The notes below the pieces were generated by a model. It was not told where the DNA came from. It did no database searches and saw only the letters and a list, made by a program, of their open reading frames with translations. This document shows, one piece after another, positions 56,783 to 64,000 of a DNA stretch of 64,000 nt (position 1 is the first letter of the stretch; each line of letters opens with the position of its first letter). Source of the stretch: Candidatus Nomurabacteria bacterium GW2011_GWD2_36_14 (lineage in GTDB: Bacteria; Patescibacteriota; Minisyncoccia; Phycocordibacterales; UBA9973); contig LBRL01000001.1 in assembly GCA_000991405.1 (NCBI GenBank), positions 3,744-67,743 on the forward strand. The letters run 5' to 3'. The position numbers were made by a program, and so were the translations under genes.

Positions 56783-57349
56783 TTATTTAAATATCTCATC
56801 TACAAGAGTTAGAACCCCTTTTCTTGTTTTATTCGAGAAGGGGATGATAGGGTGGTCGCCAACCACTTTTTTGATTTCAGCCATTTTCTTATGATAGTCG
56901 GATTGCTTTAGTTTATCTGTTTTGTTTGCAACTATTATAAAGTCTTTATGATGATTTCTAAGCTCGTTTAGCATGAGTATATCTTTGTCTGTCATGCCGA
57001 CACCAGCATCTATAATCATTACAACTTTCTTTTGAGTATAAATAGAATTGAAGAGGTAAGAGTCTATAAGTTCGCCTATCTTCTCGCGTCCTAGTCCCGA
57101 TGCTCGAGCGAAGCCGTATCCAGGCAAGTCTACCAAGTAGAAGGCATTATTTATCAGGAATATATTTATCTCTTGAGTTCTTCCTGGGAAGGAACTAGTA
57201 CGGGAAGCCTTACTGTTGGTTATAACATTTATAAGGCTTGATTTACCAACGTTCGAGCGCCCTATAAAGGCTATCTGGGGTATACCATCAGCCAAGATCT
57301 CATCATCTCCGACGATACCCTTCATGAATTTTGTAGTTGTTATTAACAT
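56783..57349 (-). CDS. engB: Ribosome biogenesis GTPase EngB/YihA
   Basis: G1 is IAFIGRSNVGKSSLIN, with G3 and G4 (NKTDK) present. Confidence 0.85.
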   Translation of the reverse strand: MLITTTKFMKGIVGDDEILADGIPQIAFIGRSNVGKSSLINVITNSKASRTSSFPGRTQEINIFLINNAFYLVDLPGYGFARASGLGREKIGELIDSYLFNSIYTQKKVVMIIDAGVGMTDKDILMLNELRNHHKDFIIVANKTDKLKQSDYHKKMAEIKKVVGDHPIIPFSNKTRKGVLTLVDEIFK

Positions 57350-57963
57350 ATTTATATCTTAGCAGAAAAAGGACTTTGAAGCGAAGGTAAATAAAAAAAC
57401 GAATAAATCTGATATTAACAAAATTTAATCGTTTTAGTTAAAAGGGAACCCCCTAAATATTATGAAGTATGGTTGGTCATAACATACTTCAGAATTTTCA
57501 TAAGGCTTTTCGTTTAGCATAACAGTAGGATAATTATCCCACGATTCCAAATAAAATGTTTCTTTTTTCATGGAATAAATATTATTTATCATTTATATAC
57601 TTTTTTAACACCCAACTTGTTAGTCTGAGCATTAAAATAAAATATATAATAAGAAAAAATAAGGTAAAATATGCCCAAAAATAATTTTGCCCCATAATAT
57701 ATTATTTTTTAATTTTACAAATATAACTGTCAATATAATGATACAGGGGATTAAACATGTATGCAAATAATTTTGTGTATCACAAGTTACTACATGACCG
57801 CGAGTACGCTTCTCGACTCTTACAGAGTCAGTACACCTTTTCCATTCGTGAGTACACTCATATGGAAAAGGTTTTCTCGTCCTGTACGGAAAGCATACAA
57901 ATGCTTTCCTAGGGTCCACCCAAGAAAAAAGGCACGCTTTCGCGTGTCTCTTTTTTCTACGGG

Positions 57964-58037
57964 TGGACCCTACAGGACTCGAACCTGCCACCTCCTCATT
58001 GCAAATGAGGCGCTCTAGCCAGATGAGCTAAGGGCCC
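57964..58037 (-). tRNA. tRNA-Ala (anticodon UGC)
   Basis: The reverse complement GGGCCCTTAGCTCATCTGGCTAGAGCGCCTCATTTGCAATGAGGAGGTGGCAGGTTCGAGTCCTGTAGGGTCCA has the G3:U70 identity pair and the anticodon loop TTTGCAA. Confidence 0.85.
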
Positions 58038-58140
58038 TTAAATAATTAATAATTAAGAATTAATAATTAAGATACACATATATTACCTTATTTTATAATT
58101 TTTGCAAGACTTTTTATAAAACAACAGAAAAGTATTAGGT

Positions 58141-58214
58141 ACGAGGCGCAGGCGAGGATTGCGACCAAGATGTAGTAATTCTACATTGCGGGAGCAACCG
58201 GAGCCTGCAACAAA
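58141..58214 (-). repeat. GC-rich ~75-nt element (copy B, reverse orientation) between mntH and tRNA-Ala; candidate structured RNA
   Basis: Its reverse complement aligns with 23945-24020. It shares the identical inner hairpin atgtag-aatta-ctacat. The outer stem is gcaggc...gcctgc, compared with gcaggt...acctgc in copy A. Confidence 0.5.
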
Positions 58215-58242
58215 GTAGATGATATTTTTATGTTGTTTTATT

Positions 58243-59565
58243 CTAGAACAGTGATATTATCGCCGCTATAGCCGTAACACTCATAAGTATAGTTGCTATC
58301 CATCCCAGTGCTTTTGTGATTGGCTTGTTGTGGAATTCTCCCATTATTTTTTTACTACTACTTATTTTCACTATGAATACTAGCATCACAGGAGCGACTA
58401 TTCCGTTGGCAATAGCAGAGTAGAGTAAGGCCTTGATAGGATCAATACCAATAAAGTTTAGAAGTATCCCTACGATGATAGACACAGCGATAACTCCATA
58501 GAAAGCATGAGCAGTTTTCCATTTACGATAAAGTCCTTCCTTCCATCCAAAGCTTTCTGTTATAGCGTAAGCAGTTGAGCCAGCTAGTACTGGTATAGCT
58601 AGAAGTCCCGTCCCTATAATTCCAATTGCAAAGAGTAGATATGCTAGAGATCCAGCGAGAGGACGTAGTGCCAAGGCTGCATCCGAGGCAGTATTTATAT
58701 TTGTGATTCCGTTTATAAAGAGTGTATTGGCACATACAGCAATTATGAAGAACATCACAATATTAGAAAGGAACATCCCAACCCAGATATCTAGTCGCAT
58801 TTCTTTGACTTCCTTGTGAGTCGTACCTTTACGTGATGCGACTGTCTTCTTGCCATCTCTTATTTCTTCTTCAATTTCTTCAGATGTTTGCCAGAAGAAT
58901 AAGTAAGGAGAGATTGTTGTTCCCAAGATACCTGTTATCAGAAGAATTTGAGATTTCGAGAAGGTTATGTGTGGTATAAGTCCATCGCGAAGTAAAACTG
59001 ACCAGTCCATATGGATTATAAGCCCTGTCACAATATATGCGAACACAGCTATGACAAGCCACTTTAGATACTTTGTATAAATTCGATAAGGGACGATTAT
59101 TTCTAAGAGTAGCCCAGAGATACCAGTGAATATGACTAGAAATACGAACGACATCTTTGGGGCTAGTAGTTGCACTGCCTTGGCCATAGCTCCCAAGTCT
59201 GCTCCGATATTTAATGTATTAGCAAAGAAAAGTAAAATAGTACAAATATAAAGAATTTTCTTTGGGAAATTTCTTTTGATATTTGAAGCAAGTCCTCGTC
59301 CTGTGACCATGGCTATGCGGGCACACATTTCTTGGATAGTGGAAACGAGTGGATAAACCCATAGAGCTAGCCACACCAAGCTTGTCCCAAATTGAGCCCC
59401 AGCTTGAGAATAAGTAGCAATACCAGAAGGATCGTCGTCTGCTGCTCCGGTAATAATTCCAGGGCCAATTTTCTTCATGTATTCCTCACTCTCTTCTAGG
59501 ATTGTTTCCTTTTTTTCTATTAGAATTACTTCTTCATCTTTTGGTGCTTCTTTTTCATTCTTCAT
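58243..59565 (-). CDS. mntH: NRAMP-family divalent metal (Mn2+/Fe2+) transporter
   Basis: GPGIITGAADDDPSGIATYSQAGAQFG and ~11 transmembrane helices. Confidence 0.85.
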   Translation of the reverse strand: MKNEKEAPKDEEVILIEKKETILEESEEYMKKIGPGIITGAADDDPSGIATYSQAGAQFGTSLVWLALWVYPLVSTIQEMCARIAMVTGRGLASNIKRNFPKKILYICTILLFFANTLNIGADLGAMAKAVQLLAPKMSFVFLVIFTGISGLLLEIIVPYRIYTKYLKWLVIAVFAYIVTGLIIHMDWSVLLRDGLIPHITFSKSQILLITGILGTTISPYLFFWQTSEEIEEEIRDGKKTVASRKGTTHKEVKEMRLDIWVGMFLSNIVMFFIIAVCANTLFINGITNINTASDAALALRPLAGSLAYLLFAIGIIGTGLLAIPVLAGSTAYAITESFGWKEGLYRKWKTAHAFYGVIAVSIIVGILLNFIGIDPIKALLYSAIANGIVAPVMLVFIVKISSSKKIMGEFHNKPITKALGWIATILMSVTAIAAIISLF

Positions 59566-59621
59566 ATATTACATAATATACTATTTTAAAAGAATTTGGT
59601 ACAATATAGTCACTACTCAAT

Positions 59622-61121
59622 ATGGCGCTAAACAAACCAAACAAAATCCAGATTATCAAGTATGCTCCACCACCTCCAGATCTACCAACTTTAGGCAGAG
59701 TTGATCCCAGTGATGTTGTATTTATCGGTCGTACCAACTACGTAGCTTCTTTAGAAGAAAAGAAGTTTGTTTTTGGCTTCAAGCGAATTGATCGCCGTCG
59801 CCATTTGTATATTATAGGGAAGTCTGGTGTCGGTAAGTCCAAGCTCCAAGAGCTAATGATTCGTCAGGACATAGCTTATGGTCATGGTGTTTGTATTATC
59901 GATCCACACGGAGAACTTATTGAGGATATTCTGAACTTTGTTCCCGAGGAAAGAATCGAAGATGTCTGTATTATTGATCCAGGCGACATAGACTATCCTT
60001 CATCTTTCAATCCACTTTCCAACATCGATCCAACTTTCAAGCATCAACTTACCCAAGGCTTGATTGAAGTTTTGCGTAAGCAGTTCGGTGCTAACTGGAC
60101 GCCTCGTCTCGAGCACGTTTTTCGCTTTACCGTTCTGGCTTTGCTCGACTATCCTTATGCGACAATGCGTGGCATGATTAGTATGCTGACCGATCGTAAT
60201 TACCGTCAGAAAGTTGTGGAGTATATCGAAGACGACATGGTCAAACGCTTCTGGGCTATTGAATTCGCCGACTGGTCTGAGAAGTTCGATACAGACGCCA
60301 TCATTCCTTTGGTCAACAAGTTAGGGCAATTCCTTTCCGATCCAATGCTTCGCAATATTTTCGGACAAAAGGAGAACAAAATAGACCTCGAGCAAATCAT
60401 GAACGAACAGAAGATTCTCTTAATCAATCTTTCCAAAGGTAAGATTGGAGAGGAGAACTCTTCATTCTTCGGATCAATGTTCCTCACGAAGATCAAGCAG
60501 GCTGGTATGGCTCGTGCCAAGCTTGAGCCGAAGGATCGTGCCGACTTTTATGTATACGTCGACGAGTTCCAGAACATTGTGACGGATACTTTCGAGAACA
60601 TTCTTTCAGAGGCTCGTAAGTATGGGCTGAATCTCATCGTCGCTCACCAGTATGTTGCTCAGCTTCTACCGAAGGTTCAGCAAGCTGTCCTAGGTAACGT
60701 TGGATCCATTATTACTTTCCGTGTGGGAGGGGATGATGCTACCAAGTTGAAGCCCGAGTTCGCTCCAATCTTTGATGTGAAGGACATGATCAACTTAGGA
60801 GTTGGAGAATTCTATATCAAAATGACTATTGACGGAGAGAGTTACGACCCATTCTCAGGGGAAACGTTGCAAGTATTACCAGCCACTCATCCATCTTATA
60901 GACAAAGAATTATAGAAGCATCTCGTCGCAAGTATTCTATCCCAGCTGGCGATGCTCAGCGTCTAATCGCTGAAGAGGAAGCCACTATCATCCGTAGCGC
61001 CCAAGAGAAAGCCGCAATTACAGGGAAAAAGGAAGAGAAAGAGGAAACCACCGAAAACGTCAATGACAATAAAAAAGAAGAAGTAAAAAAGGAAGAGAAA
61101 GGTGGTGAACCGTTAATTTAA
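59622..61121 (+). CDS. P-loop ATPase of the VirD4/TraG/TraD (DUF87-like) type IV-secretion coupling-protein superfamily
   Basis: Walker A is HLYIIGKSGVGKSKL, followed by IIDPHGEL. Walker B is FYVYVDEFQN. The C-terminus is acidic/lysine-rich. Confidence 0.55.
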   Translation: MALNKPNKIQIIKYAPPPPDLPTLGRVDPSDVVFIGRTNYVASLEEKKFVFGFKRIDRRRHLYIIGKSGVGKSKLQELMIRQDIAYGHGVCIIDPHGELIEDILNFVPEERIEDVCIIDPGDIDYPSSFNPLSNIDPTFKHQLTQGLIEVLRKQFGANWTPRLEHVFRFTVLALLDYPYATMRGMISMLTDRNYRQKVVEYIEDDMVKRFWAIEFADWSEKFDTDAIIPLVNKLGQFLSDPMLRNIFGQKENKIDLEQIMNEQKILLINLSKGKIGEENSSFFGSMFLTKIKQAGMARAKLEPKDRADFYVYVDEFQNIVTDTFENILSEARKYGLNLIVAHQYVAQLLPKVQQAVLGNVGSIITFRVGGDDATKLKPEFAPIFDVKDMINLGVGEFYIKMTIDGESYDPFSGETLQVLPATHPSYRQRIIEASRRKYSIPAGDAQRLIAEEEATIIRSAQEKAAITGKKEEKEETTENVNDNKKEEVKKEEKGGEPLI

Positions 61122-61137
61122 TTAAGAATTAAGAATT

Positions 61138-62781
61138 ATGAAAAAGATTTGCGAACATTGCGGTAAAGAATTCATAATAACAGAGACAGAACAATCTCTC
61201 AGTGAAAAGATTGGCTTAGAATTATCTACTGTATGTTCAAGGTGTTTACTGAAACAACATTTGTCTTTTTGGATGTTTGGTAAATTTAGAAAAGGGAAGT
61301 CTGATTTATCGGGAGAGAGTATGATTACAGTATTACCAGAAAGTCGCTACCCACTTTATTTACTAAAAGAATGGCATAGTGACGCTTGGGATGCTATGGA
61401 TTATGGTGTGGATTATAATCCAAGTGAATCATTTTTCAAACAATTACAGTCTTTACAAGAGAAAGTTCCTCATCCTCATCAAAATGGCTCAAACAATACA
61501 GGGTGTGATTATTGTGATGATGTCTGGAATTCAAAAAATTGTTATTTAGCTCGCTCTATGGAATTTTGTGAAGATTTGCTTTATTCATACAGAAATTTAA
61601 AAGTAAAGAATTCTATGGATACAGTTATTTGTTATGCATCAGAAAGATTGTTCTCATCTCTCAATTGTATAAATTGTTATAAGCTTTTTTATTCTAGAAA
61701 TTCAAAAGATTGCATAGATTCATCTTTTCTTTTTGATTGTCGCAATTGTCAGGATTGTTTTATGTGTTGGAATCTAAGAGGAAAAAGTTATTGTATAGAA
61801 AATATTCAATATACGAGAGAAGAATATAAAGAAAAGCTACAATCTTTTAATTTAGGTTCTTATTCTGCTATTGAATCTTTTAAAGAACACTTTGAAGATA
61901 TTCTTAAAAATGAAGCAATTCACAAGCTGAATTTTAATATTAAGGCATATAATTCTACTGGTGATAATCTTTTGAATGTAAATAATTGTCAAAATTGTAA
62001 TACAATATCTGATTCAGAAGATGCTGTGAATGCAATAAGAGGAATGAAACACAGTAATACCTTAAATGCCAATGGTTGTTGGTATATAGAACTATCTGGT
62101 AATTGTGGCGAGTGCCTTAATTCTTATGGGCTTAAATATTCTACTTGGTCTTCGTCAAGATTTTCAGAATATTTAGATTTATGCACAGAATGTGAATATT
62201 GTTTTGGTTGTGTGGGGCTTAAGAAGAAAAAGTATTGCATTTTGAACAAACAATATACCAAAGAAGAATATGAAAAATTAAAAGATGAAATTATAAATAA
62301 AATGAAAGAAGATGGAGAATATGGGAAATTCTTGCCATATTCTATGAGTGCTGGGCCATTTAATTTTTCTACTAGCTATTTATACTTTCCAAAGACAACT
62401 AAAGAAGAAATTTTAGGGCTGGGTGGTTATTGGCAAGATATAGATGAAAGTAATATAGAGGGAATGCCTACAAGTGAATTACCAGATTCTATAAATGATG
62501 TAGATGAAAGTATTTGTACTCAAGCCTTAATATGTCCAGAAACTGGATGGAGGTTCAATATTTCAAACAATGAACTAGAATTTTATAAACAATACAATAT
62601 TCCACTTCCTCGCAAGCATTTTGATGTAAGAATAAAAGATTTAGTAAAGTATTCCATGGTATTAGATACTTCAACTTATAATTGTTTTTATTGTAAACAA
62701 AAAATACAAGCTTTTTATCCCAAAGAATGGGGTTACCAGAATATTGCTTGTGAGAATTGCTATCAGCAGAATTTAAACTAG
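61138..62781 (+). CDS. Cysteine-rich repeat protein (547 aa), function unknown
   Basis: It has dozens of Cys in recurring ~20-aa units (NC..C....S..S, for example NCINCYKLFYSRNSKDC, CRNCQDCFMC, NCGECLNSYG, CTECEYCFGC). It has no signal peptide. Confidence 0.5.
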   Translation: MKKICEHCGKEFIITETEQSLSEKIGLELSTVCSRCLLKQHLSFWMFGKFRKGKSDLSGESMITVLPESRYPLYLLKEWHSDAWDAMDYGVDYNPSESFFKQLQSLQEKVPHPHQNGSNNTGCDYCDDVWNSKNCYLARSMEFCEDLLYSYRNLKVKNSMDTVICYASERLFSSLNCINCYKLFYSRNSKDCIDSSFLFDCRNCQDCFMCWNLRGKSYCIENIQYTREEYKEKLQSFNLGSYSAIESFKEHFEDILKNEAIHKLNFNIKAYNSTGDNLLNVNNCQNCNTISDSEDAVNAIRGMKHSNTLNANGCWYIELSGNCGECLNSYGLKYSTWSSSRFSEYLDLCTECEYCFGCVGLKKKKYCILNKQYTKEEYEKLKDEIINKMKEDGEYGKFLPYSMSAGPFNFSTSYLYFPKTTKEEILGLGGYWQDIDESNIEGMPTSELPDSINDVDESICTQALICPETGWRFNISNNELEFYKQYNIPLPRKHFDVRIKDLVKYSMVLDTSTYNCFYCKQKIQAFYPKEWGYQNIACENCYQQNLN

Positions 62782-62853
62782 TTTGTTTACAAATCTGGGG
62801 AGAGTGTTACAATTATATTGTAAAGGTCGTGCAGTTAATCGTCTATATATTTT

Positions 62854-63159
62854 ATGGTATTTATATATACAACATGCGAAAATATGGATGAGGCAAAGAA
62901 GCTCGGAAGCTTAATTATAGACAAGAAGATCGCAGCTTGTGTGGATTTCTGGTCTATATCATCCTGTTATAACTGGGAGGGGGAGTCAAAGTGCGTAGAG
63001 CACGCCATGCTCCTTATTACTACTTTTGAAGCCAAGCTAGATGCTGTGACTCAGATTATTTCTGAGAATCATACCTATAGTGTTCCTCTTATAGCTGGAG
63101 TGGATGTCAGACGTATAAATCACCCATACAAAGAATGGATGATGAAGGAGATAGTATAA
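62854..63159 (+). CDS. cutA: Divalent-cation tolerance protein CutA
   Basis: IAACV...YNWEGE...E..LLITT...HTYSVPLIAGV...Y..WM matches the CutA1 signature. Confidence 0.75.
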   Translation: MVFIYTTCENMDEAKKLGSLIIDKKIAACVDFWSISSCYNWEGESKCVEHAMLLITTFEAKLDAVTQIISENHTYSVPLIAGVDVRRINHPYKEWMMKEIV

Positions 63160-63161
63160 TA

Positions 63162-63590
63162 ATGCCTCAAATTATAAACTCCAAGAAAATATTAATATTT
63201 GGCGTTTTCGATGGTGTCCACGATGGGCATCTTTCTTTTATAAATGAAGCCAAAGAGCAAGGAGGTCATCTTATAGCGATTGTCGCACGCGACAGTATGG
63301 TAGAAAAGTTGAAAGGCAAGAAGCCTATGAATAATGAAGTAGAAAGGATTAGAAATCTTTTAGAAATTCACGAAGTCGACAGAGTGCTCTTGGGTGACTT
63401 AGATATAGGCACATATAATATTCTCAAAGAAGTTGCTCCTGACGTCGTATTCTTAGGTTATGATCAGGAAGCTTTATATGAGAATTTAAATGAATTTATA
63501 AAAAGGGGAACTTTGGGCGATATTAAAATATTAAAAGGTAAACCCCACAAACCCGACACCCACCACTCGTCGATTTTGAATAAAAAGTAG
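63162..63590 (+). CDS. Cytidylyltransferase-superfamily nucleotidyltransferase (HxGH; RibL/TagD-like)
   Basis: ILIFGVFDGVHDGHLSFINEA contains the (T/H)xGH motif. The start was set at the Met at 63162. Confidence 0.55.
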   Translation: MPQIINSKKILIFGVFDGVHDGHLSFINEAKEQGGHLIAIVARDSMVEKLKGKKPMNNEVERIRNLLEIHEVDRVLLGDLDIGTYNILKEVAPDVVFLGYDQEALYENLNEFIKRGTLGDIKILKGKPHKPDTHHSSILNKK

Positions 63591-63664
63591 AAGACCGGAG
63601 ACAACAAATGTTGTTCCGGTCTTTTCCTCAATAATAATTAACCTTTTCTCAAAACCACAAATAA

Positions 63665-63985
63665 TTAAACCACCGGAATAAGTGATTCAGCACCAGGATA
63701 AGATAAAGCCATAATCATCGATACGTCGTTTACATTGTTAGATGAATTAAAACTTATCTGAAAGAAACCTACATCGCTTGGCAACATTTTTCCGATCATA
63801 GTTCCATTTGTAACGGCAACTGATTCTGTAGTAGAAGTAAATGATGTAATTTGCCCAATGTCGGTAGCAGCCATCAAATCACCTTCACTTTTAACCTTTG
63901 TAGTATTTGCAACTTCACTTTCAGTAGATTTAGATACACTTGCTAACTTTACATCCTGGCCGGTATCATTCATCATCTTTTGCAT
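63665..63985 (-). CDS. Hypothetical T/S-rich protein, partial (the ORF probably continues beyond the window end)
   Basis: The open frame reaches the window edge. It has low-complexity S/T/V composition. Confidence 0.3.
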   Translation of the reverse strand: MQKMMNDTGQDVKLASVSKSTESEVANTTKVKSEGDLMAATDIGQITSFTSTTESVAVTNGTMIGKMLPSDVGFFQISFNSSNNVNDVSMIMALSYPGAESLIPVV

Positions 63986-64000
63986 CCAAGTAGCAGTCGA

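Noticed and set aside
57438-57575. Possible ~44-codon minus-strand ORF (MKKETFYLESWDNYPTVMLNEKPYENSEV...) between engB and tRNA-Ala
   Set aside because: It is below the ORF-track threshold. I could not confirm a clean frame length, and there is no RBS or conservation evidence.
57632-58018. ORF-track entries 57632-57991 (-) and 57761-58018 (+)
   Set aside because: They overlap tRNA-Ala and its terminator hairpin (ggcacgc-tttc-gcgtgtc). There is no coding signal.
1-64000. Looked for rRNA genes, prophage or integrase genes and restriction-modification or other defence islands
   Set aside because: None recognisable were found. The only mobile-type proteins are the Y1 transposase and possibly the VirD4-like ATPase.

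Overview
This 64-kb window is AT-rich, densely packed, mostly single-copy core-gene DNA. Several features fit a small-genome Candidate Phyla Radiation (Patescibacteria/Parcubacteria-like) bacterium; this is inference, not proof. The features are short versions of ThrRS, SMC, UvrA, UvrC and GpsA, a PaaX-C/Cas2-fold protein, dockerin and cohesin modules, and a VirD4/TraG-like ATPase. Core genes present are gyrB, thrS, rpmF, nusB, rnc, smc, rnr, rpsP, a KH protein, trmD, rpoB, rpoC, dnaG, rpoD, tsf, rpsB, proS, mreBC, tgt, uvrB, uvrA, uvrC, ddl, gpsA, engB and mntH. RNA genes are tRNA-Thr(UGU), tRNA-Pro(UGG), a second UGU-like tRNA and tRNA-Ala(UGC).

Five things stand out. (1) A ~70-bp palindromic miniature element with a conserved 30-bp core is inserted in the same orientation and same codon phase inside three unrelated repair/modification genes (tgt, uvrA, uvrC). 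Each copy adds an ~24-aa peptide (..NSSRFTLKGSDATQNSH..). This resembles the in-frame Rickettsia palindromic elements. (2) At the left end, six co-oriented genes form a cell-surface module. It has three tandem paralogous secreted proteins, a DUF916-like membrane-anchored protein, and a dockerin protein immediately followed by a membrane-anchored cohesin protein. This is a cohesin-dockerin surface scaffold. (3) A REP-like hairpin family occurs in three copies around an IS200-like tyrosine (RAYT-type) transposase and a 459-aa protein of unknown function. (4) A class-II Fic AMPylase gene is bracketed by perfect 26-bp direct repeats, next to the rpsP promoter. (5) A GC-rich ~75-nt element occurs twice, each ~28 nt after a stop codon, with a compensatory base change in its outer stem. 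It is a candidate structured RNA.

Other oddities are a NusB with a Nudix-like tail, an RpoD with a histone-H1-like KKAxK tail, a PaaX-C/Cas2-fold gene flanked by two related 34-38-bp palindromes, and tRNA-3'-end-like repeats beside tRNA-Thr. No CRISPR array, rRNA or prophage was seen.
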